From Podarcis muralis (Eukaryota): DNA of 64,000 nucleotides. The notes under the pieces were generated by a model that saw only the letters and a program-made list of their open reading frames with translations, did no database searches and was not told the origin of the DNA. The stretch is from contig NC_135656.1 of the NCBI RefSeq assembly GCF_964188315.1, positions 29,636,001 through 29,700,000 on the forward strand, given 5' to 3'. Shown one piece after another: positions 10,611-23,461 of this stretch (positions are counted from its first letter, which is position 1; each line of letters opens with the position of its first letter). The position numbers and the translations under genes are program-made.

Positions 10611-13600
10611 CTGGGAAAGAGAGAAAGAGAGTGAGCACAAAGTATAATCAGCTATTCTGCAGTACATGGCACTGTTCACGAGCACAAAAAGAGCTATATT
10701 CAGGTGATGAAGAAAATATGCAAAGTTCGGGCTTGACAGGCTCTTACCTCCACGTGGGATTGAACTTTTCCTGAGCTTTGGGATATTTCAGCTTCAGGAT
10801 GATCATTTCGTGCAACTCTTGGAGGAAGGACTCCAGCCCAGCCTGCATAAGGAAGGCATTGAGGAGTTTTGTGGTCTCTGGAGTGAGCTCCTCTTTATAG
10901 GATTCGCTGACCTCTGCGAAAGGATCCTGGGAAGAAACACACAACAGCATCGTTAGGGGAAGAAGGGAGAACAAGAGCACAAAACATCAAGTTATCTCAT
11001 CCTCCCTACCCCTTTCAGATTCCTACCTTTTTCAGATGCAGCAGCTGTTCAGATTTATGGCTTGAAAGGAGCTGCCACAGTGCAATAATGTGCTTTAGGT
11101 GACATCGGCTCAGCACCTGTAAGAAACACACAAAGGTTTGACCGTTTTAAAGTTTACTATAATTCAGAACTAGGTTTACAACAGCTATGAAGATGAGGTG
11201 GACATAGCTAAACATTCCTTTAGAAAAAATGTAAATATATTTTTAAATTGTTTTTCATTAATAATGTTTAGTAGAAGGTGGTTGTTTTACTGATGATTTC
11301 TAATTATTTTACTGATGATTTGCTAATTACTTTGCATGATTCATGTTGTAATTGTGATGTTCTACTATGTTATTATTTATCTATGTAAGTCGCTTCATCA
11401 CTCGTGTGAGTGAAAAGCAGCAAAGAAATAAAATAAATGAAATGAATATATACATTCTGTTACACGTATATTCTCTAGAGACAATAAATTTGCAACCAGC
11501 AACATCTTTTTTCTTTAAAAATAGCTTTAAGTTTCTGTTTTCAATGAAACTCATCCTAAAATGCCCAAGAGTTTATTGTTATTCAACTCTTGTGTATACA
11601 TAAACCAGCATCCCCTTCTGTGACATATCAACACCCCTTGAAGCAGCAGAATGTCTTGGACCAGTAAGGTGCTAGGACTTACTTTTTGCCCTGTGCTTTC
11701 CAGGCACAGGCCTGAGCTTTAAAGCTCTGTATCTGAATGCTCTCTTTCTCACCCTGGATCTTACCCCCACGAAAACCTGCTCTTTAAAGCTGAAGCAATT
11801 AAAACTAGCTTTAAAGCTAATGGCAATTCTGCTGCAATTCAGAGCAGGTGGAGCTTTAATGCGAGGACCATGCCTGGAAAGCGTGGCGTGTGGATAGATC
11901 ATTAGGCTGTGTGGTAGTTTTAGGTTCTTGCAAAAAACGGTTTGACTGAAAACTTGCAATAGCAAAAAGATGTTCTTTTTAAAAGTCAGAAACTGCCAAG
12001 ATAAAGGGACTTAAATCATAAGCTGGAAGACAACAGTTGCATTGTGCTTTCTCCAATGGACAGTATAATTGTGGGGATGGTCCCCCATTCCAGCTCAAAA
12101 GGTCAAGAGGAAGGCCAAAGGTGAATGGAACTTGAACCTCTGGAAAAAAATGGGTGGAGAGAGCACCTCCTTTAGCTTAGGGCATGTAAGACAGTCATCG
12201 CGTTCAGCCTAGTCTACTTTCCTCTTTTCCCCTGCACTCACCTTCATCACGTGGTCACTTATCTGATGGCCCATTTGCAGGATATTTTCAACATACTTAG
12301 ACAAAGTCATATCTGGGTCTCCTCCAGCCACAGCTAGGAATCCTAAGGTTATTTCGGTGACAGACAGAGCTTCACAGATGTCACTGTAGGATAGCAGCTC
12401 CCCACTGATCATGCCAATTGTGGAATTTGGCAGAGAGCTCTGTAATTCAAGGGAATGAAAGCCAGTCAACGCCCATCATTCAGCACAGATTGTTGCAAAC
12501 ACTGCAGTCAGTCTCTATATAGTCCACTCCTTTCCTCTGCAATGATTCTTCCAAGTTATAGAAGCTGTTTGCCAGGCCCTGACTTGGACAGCAAACTGGG
12601 CACACACCTACAAGGAAGTGTCCCAATGAATTCCAAAGGGCTACCAATGTACCTGCTGCCTTGTGGGACATCTTGGGAGGCTAAGGAGTAAACCCTACAC
12701 AAATCCGCAGTGGAGTCCTTAAGATGGTTGGATAGGATCTTATACCCCCTCCTTCCGACAATACCAGCAGCCAATCTGGTGCCCAATGAACCACATCAGC
12801 GAGGCCAAGAGTGGGGTCTTGTCCTCTGGGCAATACACAGAGTTGTTTGACCTCCATACACACTACCTAGGCTTGCACCTGGAGAGGGTCACTTCAGTGC
12901 TACTAACACAGCAAAAACAATGCAGTTACAAGTTACTGGTCTCTACAGCCACAGCAGGCGCTGTGATTCTCCAGTGGGTTAACTTCACCCCTGCAATGCA
13001 CTCCATTATCTCTCGAGACAGAAGGATGCCAACAAAAACCAAGCAAGCACAGAATCAGGCACTGTGCAGCAAGAAGCTAATCCTAAATTTAACAAAACTT
13101 TACTGAAATGCAGTCAGCCACTTTTTGTATTCTTTCTCTCTCATCTCTGAAGCTCACCTGGCTCAGCTTGGTTCTGATATCATTGAAGAGATGCTCATAA
13201 TTTTGGTCATGCCTGTATACCAGAGTGGGTATGCCCTGGTGACAAAGAGAGAGAAAATATGCCAGTGAGCAACCCTTTGCAATAATGCTCTCTAACCTGA
13301 CAAATGGATCTCACAAGGCACCAGGAAAGCTATGTGGCAACATTAAGTTTCTATGATACATACTGTCAATGTGATTAAAGGCTTTCCCTGTAGGAATCTG
13401 CTAGTAATTTGCTGCTCAATTTTTTCCAGTTCCAGTTCCTGGAGGGCTTCTCCTCCTTTCTCCACGCTGTATTGGCAGTTGGACAGGATCAGTGGGATCA
13501 AGTCCCTCCCCACCTCGTAAGTGATCACATGTAGATCTGTCACTTCGGCAGGGCTGACTGAGTATCTGTTGAGATGGGGAGGGAGAACACAAGAGAATGA

Positions 13601-16600
13601 GAAATCTTGCTCTACTGCTGATTTGGCACCAGATAAGGCTATCTGTCACCCTGCAGGAAGTAATGGGGATTCTAGCACATACACACACAGGCATACCTTT
13701 CGGCATCTGTTGTATATTTTTCTACGGTGTAGACAAAGTCATTGTGCAGGCCAATGAGATAACTGGCCAAGGCAGTGGAACAGAGGCCTAGACCATGTCG
13801 GCGAGGCAGCAGGATCTCAAAGTCACTATTCAGAGTGAGGTCAGAAGCACAATAATCTTTGGGGAGTTTAATTTCACCTGCATTTGGACCAGAAAACATT
13901 AGTGAGTGACCAGGTTTCTAATTATCTCTTGTTCATTACCAAGAAGATAGAAGAAGAGGAGTTTGGACTTGATATCCTGCCTTTCACTCCCCTTAAGGAG
14001 TCTCAAAGCGGTCAACAATCTCCTTTCCCTTCATCCCCACAAAAAACACTCTGAGGTGAGTGAGGCTGAGAGACTTCAGAGAAGTGTGACTAGCCCAAGG
14101 TCACCCAGCAGCTGCATGTGGAGGAGTGGAGACGCGAACCCGGTTCATCAGATTATGAGTCCACCACTCTTAACCACACCACCACGCTGGCTCATTTTAA
14201 GTATGCCTCAGCACCTCGACTCCCACATTCTTGTTCTGTCTTAGAAAGTGGTGAACTAAGCAAACCTGTCGGAAAGCAGGGCAAAGATCACCTTCAGCAT
14301 GTTCACAAGGAATGACTCCAAACAGTTAAGCAAAGGGAATGCACACTCCATAAAATGAAAATGACATTCAAGGGGTGTCCACTAATATGGCCATTACAGA
14401 GCCCTGACTGAAGATGTTTCGTGCCTGAAGTGCTGGGAAACCAACTGGTAAAGACATCAGAGTCAGCCATCAGCATTGATTAGCATTAATGAAGGATCAG
14501 AATCTCCACCCAGAATTACGTGAGTATTTCTCAAGCTCTCTCTCTCCACACACACTTTTTGAACTTGCCAGCTATGGTGGGGAAATTTGCAAATTAAATG
14601 CAGTTTCCTCTCCCTTTGATCAAAGAAAACTTCTCCATTAGATGATCAAGCCTATTAGAGATTCCACTAAGCCTTCCGTGTACAATCCTGAGCTGCCCAA
14701 GCCGATCCTTTTGGTTCAGATCAGTCTAAGTCACTCCACTCCTAGTTAGCTTGACCTCCACCTCCTTCCCCCAGTGTTCCCTCCCTTAGTTCCATATCCA
14801 TTGTTTTTATATATTGCATATTTAGGTCTCCAAGAGAGGCACATAATACATAAACCACCCATCACCATTAAGACTAGCTCCATGCCATAAGGAGTTCAAG
14901 GAGATCTAGAAGGGATCAACCTGCCCTCAATTGCCTATTACTTCCATCCTCCTGGGTTGATGACAAAGCAGCTGTTAATAAAAAAGCCAGGGTGTCTGAC
15001 TTCCAAGCACTCATAATGGATAGACCCAGTAATTGCTACCACCCCTGTGTCCAAAGGCCAGAGAAACCCGATCCATCCCTCTTTCCCTTCTATTGTTCTG
15101 GAATAGGTAATACCTGCAGTTTGGTACCTCTCTTTTTAGTTCTTACACAGACATTGGGTCCCTCTTATCCATTGCCACTGAAATTTAATCTCAAAGTTGC
15201 CAATCCAACCCATTCTTGTAATAAACTGCAAAGTCCTTTGCTCTAAACTCAAATGTCCTATGTTATGTTCTACTAGTTCACCCTGTCCTATGTTAAGGGT
15301 GGGTGGGGGAGTACTGTAAAAGGAGAGACTGCTAAATGGAACAACCTTTTTAGACTCTTTTCAGGAGACAAGACTAGAGAGTGTTTCTTCCAGCATTAAA
15401 GACCCAAGTTACCATTAGATGGCACCAGGTGACCTCGCAACCTTACTATTTTTCTAGAGTAATGGTGTAAACTCGCCACTCACCACTGGTTTCCAAGGAA
15501 GATCTCAGTTTGTTCCAAACAGTCAGAAATATCTTCACTCTGTTTGTCATAAGGCACCTCTTGCCTTCTGGAGAATGCAAGAAACAAACAGCATGTGACA
15601 TATGCAAGATTGCAAAGTTCTGCATGTTTTTCTAAGGGAGTTATTGCCCAAGTAAGTTTTGGTTCAGGAAGTTAGAATGCAAGAGCAGCCTAGCTGAAGC
15701 AGACCAAAGGTCTGCCTAAACCAGTACCCATAGCTGCCAGCCACATGTTTCTGGGAAGCCCCAGGCATGGCACAAAGTCAACACCCTTTCCGATGTTTAT
15801 ATCTAGTTTTTGGTTTCAGGCAACCCCGTGTCACTAAGATGCCTATCCTCTATGAATGCCATCGTTCAAAGCCATCTAAGCTAGTGTCCACCATTGTACG
15901 TTGTTGCACTGAATCCCCAAATTAATTGTGATGAAATACTGCTACAAATATAAGCAAGTTCTATCTCCTGGTCAAATGCTAGCTTCCCACTGCTAAAATG
16001 GATCATGATCCAGGTTGTGTTAAACACTTCTGGATCCCAATGATTTCAATGGCAGAAATTTAAGCATGGCCCTAATGTTTCCACTGAAATCAGAGGGACT
16101 TCAAAATGCTTAATTTTAGTTGGATCATGTCCATTATGTCTACAAAAACAATGGCTGCGTTTTCCTGGGATGACTTATATAAATGTGAAGCTTGGTGTTA
16201 ACCACACGCCTTAATGCTCTGCTAACTTAATATGGAAGAGTCTACCTGCGGAAATGTTGAGAAAATCTTCAATCTTTCGGTATTCCAGCTCTGACACGTT
16301 CTGGAACCTTTTCACCAAGTATTTCTGCAGGGCCAGAATTTCTGGCAAAAACTTTACCAGTCTCAATTCAGCTTCCTAAAATGAAGCAGAGTAGTGCTAA
16401 TGAGGTAAGAGGAGTTGAAAGACTACAGAAGCATGAGTGGCTTTCCCCTTAGGAGGCAACTGCTTCACCTGGCCCAGACAGTGGTATCACTGCCACTTAC
16501 CAGGAGAGCCAGGAGCGAAACTGCAGTGAGGTTGGGCCCGTGTAGGTGCACTAGTGAGAGCACCACATTGCCTCTGCTGGTGCTGCACAGCCCCCCACCC

Positions 16601-19600
16601 CGTTGCTGTCACCTCACAGTGATGCTGCTTCCACGAAGCAACTGTAGCTCTGCCTCACCGGGTAAGCCACTCCCATGTAGAAGAATCAGCACTGGTGGTT
16701 GTAAATAAGCAGAAATTAACATACGCACAGAACTCTTCATATCTAGCAAGTCCGTAGAACATGGTTTCCCACAGGTATAACTTCATTGTAAAGCAAATTG
16801 AGTAAGGGGTTACCAGAATTAGAAATAAGCAGGACCCCTGCACAATCTCTCTCCTGGTTTCAGCTTTACACAACTTTATGCATCCCCTCTGGCTTTTTGC
16901 CTACTTCACTTTGCCCCTTATTTTTCTTCAGCTGCAAAAAATATATATTCTCAATTCTAGTAATATTTCCACCAGGAAAGGGTATAAATGAAGCATTTAC
17001 TTTTAAGTCATTCTGGGCAGAGATCTGCTCGGTGCAAGTAGACCTTGTTCTGTGCAAAGCTCCTCTCATTACATAAGACTTCACACAATATTTTTAACAC
17101 AAAATAAACTGAACATCATTCTAACACATCTCCTTTTGCTATAAATGAGTACTAAAAGTGGTCACGAAACTTTTCTTCAGCTTCTTGGTGAAGCCTAAGT
17201 CTAAGCACTTCTACTGCTTTGCCAGAGGCAAGTGGATGCTAAAAACTGGGTTGTACATAGGGGTGGGGTGTAATTTTGTGTCCATTTCCCCCCACCTTGC
17301 AATGAAAGCTGGGAACCCCCAAGTGTTCATCCATCCAAAGGAAGAAAAGATACTGTGACCCAGTTTATCCCCCCACCCCACAGATGGTAAGGCAAGTGGT
17401 ATCCAGGTGCAGAAAAGGGTTAAACAGCTAGGTGTTGGATCAAGAAAAAAACTTATAACAGTAGAATTTGCCCCTTGTCCTTATGCTCCTCTCAATCTCA
17501 GCTCCAGAAACATGCATAATAGTTCCCTTAATCCAGTTCTGACAGCACTCAATACCTTTGGATGGTAAAGTAGATTTGGGTCTCTGATAGTCATTACCTC
17601 ACAGATACCAGCACAAAGTTACCTTATGCTATGACTGTGATTTTAATATTTCAAAGCACCTGCCTGGTTTGATGCTTACTGATGTACTTCAGCTTTTGGC
17701 AAGTAGCTGACAGGAGACTTCTGCTCATAAGAACAAAGTCATAACATTCATAAAACGAAGGAAAAGAGAAAGGAAGATGAAGGGCATATATTGGGGTTTC
17801 CCCTTTATTAATTATCAAGAGCAGCGTACACTTGGGTCCCTTGCATGGCAGTTCCTGACTCATGTATTCCTGTAATAGGGCCACTGGCAAAAATCTGGGC
17901 ATGCTCACCTTTTGCAGAAACTTCCATAAGATGGGCAGTGTGTCCTTGCCACCTTTCTGCTGGACAACGTGCCCCAGGTACTCAATGGAGATCCTCTTCT
18001 TGCAGCTCCACATCCTGGAACAGTGTACAGGGCTGTTGGTCAGTGTGAACAGGAAGGCTGCAGGGTCCCCATATACAACTTTCACTACTGGGTTCGAAGA
18101 GATTCTCTCATCTTCACTGATTCGTCGATTCAACTCCAGAAGTGTTTTATCCAGAACCTGCATGGGGGAAATGAGGGAGTGAGGGTTATAACCATTAAGA
18201 TGCAGCCTCTCTCAACACACACACACACACTTTAAGGCAAGGCTGGGCAGTGGGGTTTAATGCTGATCTAGGAATTGGTGTGATTCTAACTGCATCTTGA
18301 ATAATTGAATCTGGTAGTTCATCTGAGGGTTCTGAACACCTTAGCTCTCAAAAGGTGAAATGCTCACTTCCTTAGAGCTATTATGAAAATTGCAGGTGTG
18401 GGGTATCAAGGAGAGTTACTTCTGAAAGAGAAGTCTTTCGTTTTTCTAATTAGTAAATGTTCTTTCAAATGTACTCCTATCAATATAAATAAAAAACTGG
18501 CTTCTAGAGTCCTGAAGTAGCATCACAGCAAGAAACTGAACCCAGAGTGAAGCTTTGCAGAGGACAACTTCCTCAGTCCCTAGGAACTCCCAAACAATTT
18601 TATGCAGTAATCTGGACAAGATCTAGTCCTCATGTGGGACACTAAGCACGGATAGGGCTAAACTTGCCCCCCAAAAAGCAGAGACATCACCTTGCCAACA
18701 AAGGTCCGTATAGTTAAAGTTTTCCCATATAGCTATGGTTTTCCCAGTAGTGATGTATGGAAGTGAGAGCTGGACCATAAAGAAGGCTGATCACCGAAGA
18801 ATTGATGCTTTTGAATTCTGGTGCTGGAGGAGACTCTTGAGAGTCCCATGGACTGCAAGAAAATCAAACGCATCCATTCTTAAGGAAATCAGCCCTGAGT
18901 GCTCACTGGAAGGACAGATCCTGAAGCTGAGGCTCCAATACTCTGGCCACCTCATGAGAAGAGAAGACTCCCTGGAAAAGACCCTGATGTTGGGAAAGAT
19001 GGAGGGCACAAGGAGAAGGGGACGACAGAGGACGAGATGGTTGGACAGTGTTCTCGAAGCTACCAACATGAGTCTGACCAAACGGCGGGAGGCAGTGGAA
19101 GACAGGAGTGCCTGGCATACTCTGGTCCATGGGGTCACGAAGAGTCGGACACGACTAAACGACTAAACAACAGCAAAACTTGCCCTTGCCAATGTCTTCC
19201 CTGAGTGCACACCATTACTTTATCCATTAGCCTTGGAAGGAATTACTAGGCACGTTAGATTTAAAAAATAGGATTCTAAGGCTTACTTTCTCTTCTGCAC
19301 CACAAAAAAAATGGGGAGGCCAACGTAGCATCTGCTAGAAACCCCACTACTTCCTGCTGCTGACAGGTGGCCTTATCTGTTGCTAAATCTGCAGTAGAGA
19401 AAGATTTCTCATTCTTGTGCTTTCCCTCTCCTGCTCAAGATACTCTGTCAGCCCTGCAGAACTGACAGACCTACCTGCATACACATCCCTGCACAAACAG
19501 GTACAAATACATGTACAATGTTCCACTGTAATCAGGATAATAATGTATGTTGTATCGGCTGCTAATGAAATATGTATAATTCATAGGGCTAGTCTGTGTA

Positions 19601-22600
19601 CTGTCAGAAAATACAAGTTTTTGAGTGTGTTTTATGTTACCTCCAGTTCAGGAAGAATGATGCGTGCAACAATTCCCTCCCAGTTGTTTCTTTGCTCTTT
19701 TTTGGAGAGTTGACCATCAAAACGCACTGGCCCTGCAAAAGGACATTTATTGCATGTAACACCTTCTTATTATCCCTGCTTCCTTGCATGCAGTTCAATT
19801 TGGCATGGGTCAGCTATGGAAAGTGGCAGTAGCAGTAACAATTAATAGTTCTCTGTCCCTGCTTTTGTTAAAGGGCTGGAGATTATTGATAGCAATTCCC
19901 AGTTTCTTCTGCCTGTATTAGCCTCTAAAAGGAAAAAGCCTGGTTCCTTCCCCTGACTACCAAGACAGGTCACATAAGCTACACATCCTCCCACTGTCTA
20001 GCCTGGTTTGCACAAAACACTAAGGCTATGGTTCGTTTAACAAACCATGGTGTAACAAAGAGTTGCCCCACAGATGAACAAACAAACCATAGCTTATTCT
20101 GCCAAAGTTTGTTTTCCTGTTGTTCCTGCTTTATGCCCTAGTAGCTTGGTGAGTTCCTGGAATGGAATGGTCAAACAAGCCAGGACTGAGGGAGGGTGCC
20201 AGGCTCTAACATAATGCTAAGCCATGTTTAACAAACCAAGTCTTGTAAGTCAACAACAAACCATGGCTTCAGATCATAGCTTGTTGCTAGTAAACAAACC
20301 ATGGTTTAGCTGGCATCATAAGGCAATTTCCTCCAAACCACACCCGCCTGCCCTACATCTGGCATCATATGTGCTTTCAGCTGCCAGTGCAGAATATGGA
20401 AACTTAAAGTGTGCTCCCAATTGCACATTGGCAAAGGAAGGCACATTGCCTATCCACTGATGAGTGGGAGAACCAAAGCCTGCTGGATCAGCAGTGCATG
20501 AGTGTTTCTCACAGGAGAATTCACACGAAGAACTGATGTCTTCAAAAAGCAAGCTTTGGCTATACAACCCATCAGCTGATGGGCCAAAGTCTCAGGAGCT
20601 TTGAAGTACTGTGCAGGAGTCTTGGCAAGTTTGCCAACCACCCTGCACAGAGCTTTGAAGTCTCAGCTTTGGGACTTCAAAGTGCCAAATCACCTGATTT
20701 CATCGTGACATTTGTGACATCGGATTATTGACCAGTGTCCACCTGCCAAATTTGGCTGGTGAGGTTAGGCCTGATATGTATCTGGACTGTGAAGCCAAGG
20801 AAGTTCCCCAACCATGGCTTAGTATTATGTGAGAACCATAGCATTAAGGGTGTAACAACTCTAAAACATCAGAATGTGTTAATTTGGTGTAGCTTCTATA
20901 TATGTTCCATGGTGATGCACAGGCCTATTCTGTGTATAGACATTAAGTGACTCACACAAAGTTACAAAAGGAGCCAAGCCCATTCAATGCGGGCAGCATT
21001 CTTGAATATAAATGAAAACTGCACTACAGTGTATATTCTAAAAACAAGATACTCTGTGTGCATTCTTCACTTTATCAGTACTATGATTCAATAATGCAAA
21101 GCCCAATAAAAGAACTTGCCCAGAACCACCAGTAATGCAAACAGACTATTTTGAAAAGTGGAGACTTAAATAATGAAAGCAATGAGACTATGAAATCAGG
21201 TTAAGAGCAGACATGCCACTCACAAGAAAAAAGTTACAGTGGTGCCTCGCAAGACGAAAAGAATCCATTCCGCGATTCTCTTCGTCTAGCGGTTTTTTCG
21301 TCTTGCGAAGCAAGCCCATTGACAGCTTAGCGGATTAGTGCTACAGCGGTCTAGCGGCTTTCAGCGATCAGCTGTTAAGCGGCTTATCAGCGGAACAGCT
21401 GATAAGCGGCTTAACGCCTTAGGAAAAGGGGAGGGGAAGCCCGCGGGGACTCGCAATATTTTTTCGTCTTGCGAAGCAACCCCATAGGGAAATTCGTTTT
21501 GCGAAGCGCCTCCAAAACGGAAAACCCTTTCGTCTAGCGGGTTTTCCGTCTTTCGAGGCGTTCGTCTTGCGGGGCACCACTGTACTTATTTTTAAAAATA
21601 GGTACAATACAGCTCTTCTTGAGAACTCTGCCACGGCTGCCTCAATCAACTTTGAAATATAACGTCGCAGTCAATGCTGTGAATTTATGCCTGCTTTACT
21701 AGAAATGTAAGCAACCACATTTTGCAAGCTGCTCTCCTTACATTGGCCTGTCTGTTGGTGAGGCTCCTTGAGAAGGCTACAAAGAATGAGATGGACAACG
21801 TTGGTGGTTTCATCAGCACACTTCCCAAGAGTATTCATCAGTTGCTCCAAGTCCTTAAGAATATGCTGCATGAGAAAGCTCACTGGATCCTGAACTGGTG
21901 GTTTTATGATCTGTAGCAGGGACTTCAATAACAAAATGCAAGGTTCAGAGCGATCAATATGCAGTTCTATTGCAAGGCATGCAGACTAACAGTCAGTCAT
22001 TTATTTTATAAAATTTATATGCTGCTTGATTAGTGAAAAATCTCAAAGTGTTTAAAAAAAAGAATAAAACAGGAAGATTATTAGTAAAAACAATCAAAAC
22101 ATTTCTAAAAATTAAAAACCAGCAATATGTTTCGGGGTTTTTTAAACTCACCATTCTAAATACCTGAGAAGGCTTGTCTAAACAAAAATGTTTTTAGGAG
22201 GTGCTGGAAAGAGTATAGTGTGTGTGATGTCAATGCCACCTGATGCCAAATTGTTGGACAACTGTGATAAATGATTTCATCCCTGAGGAAGCCAGAGGTC
22301 TATTGTAATGAACTGTCCACCACAAGTGTCCACTATAGTATGAGAAACCGAGTACAGTGGTACCTCGGTTTAAGAACAGCCCTGTTTACGAACTATTTGA
22401 TTTACGAACTCCGCAAAACCGGAAGTAGTGTCCTGGTTTGCAAACTTTACCTCGGTCTAAGAACGGAAGCCGAACGGTGGAAGGGTACCAGTGGCAGGAG
22501 GCCTTATTAGGGAAAGCGTGCCTCGGTTTAAGAACGGTTTCAGTTTAAGAATGGACTTCTGGAATGGATTAAGTTTGCACACTGATGTACTACTGTACCT

Positions 22601-23426
22601 TTTCAGCTTCTAGGAAACATTTATCCATGTATGAAGCTTGTTAACAGTCTTACTTTCCCTCCATGTATTACTGAAATGTAACAAATGCATTTCTGCATGA
22701 ATCGTTAACAACCACATTTAAAAAAAAAAATACTTTAAAAAAAACCCAGTGGGGCACTTTGCCTCAAGTGGAAACACATCCCAGGCCAGTCCTGCTGGCA
22801 TCCGATCATCTCCTTCACATGATACTGAGAGTAAACCTTTTTTTAAAAAATTGAGTTCCGTTTCAGATATGCTTTCTTTAGTTTCCACGCAGCAATGCTT
22901 TTCAGACAGAATTGTGTGGTTCCTAGTTTTATTTGAAAATACCTGGCGATCTTTTGTGGCTCCCAAAAGCAGCGACAAATGAGTGAGCAATCGAATCAGA
23001 ATCAGGACAGCTGGAGACATCTCCCTCTCAGATGCAACCTCAGCCTCTCTTTTTTCAGGTTTTCCAAGCACATGGCCGGTTTGTGACCTGTCTTGAATAC
23101 TCCTGTATAGAATAATATATACAGTGTGTGCACACTTGCTACAAAACAGTACTTTTCCGCGCTTAAAAATTCTGATTCCCAGACATCCAGACAGTAATTA
23201 TCATCACACTAAAACAAGAGATACAAACATATTACATATGTAGTATATAAAATATTAAAATACCATTATTTGCTGTTATATATGTTTCCACTTAAAATAC
23301 CCCCTTGACTTGTATACACTGCTTTAATTATTTGTTTTTAATGCCGTTGTTGTATTTTTAGTGAACTGTTTATCCTGTAAATTGCCTTGACATGCCTTAT
23401 ATAAAGAGATGGAGAAATACTTGTAA

Positions 23427-23461
<35 letters not shown>

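Noticed and set aside
12600-12860. Possible LINE 5'-UTR-like repeat remnant
   Set aside because: Looks like an interspersed repeat, but I cannot define its family, ends or TSD without a library search
23087-23087. CAG acceptor at 23087 (and similarly 30326 and 46614) as exon starts
   Set aside because: Upstream acceptors at 23102, 30336 and 46631 have better pyrimidine tracts and recover conserved residues; 30326 and 46614 are also out of phase with the preceding donor
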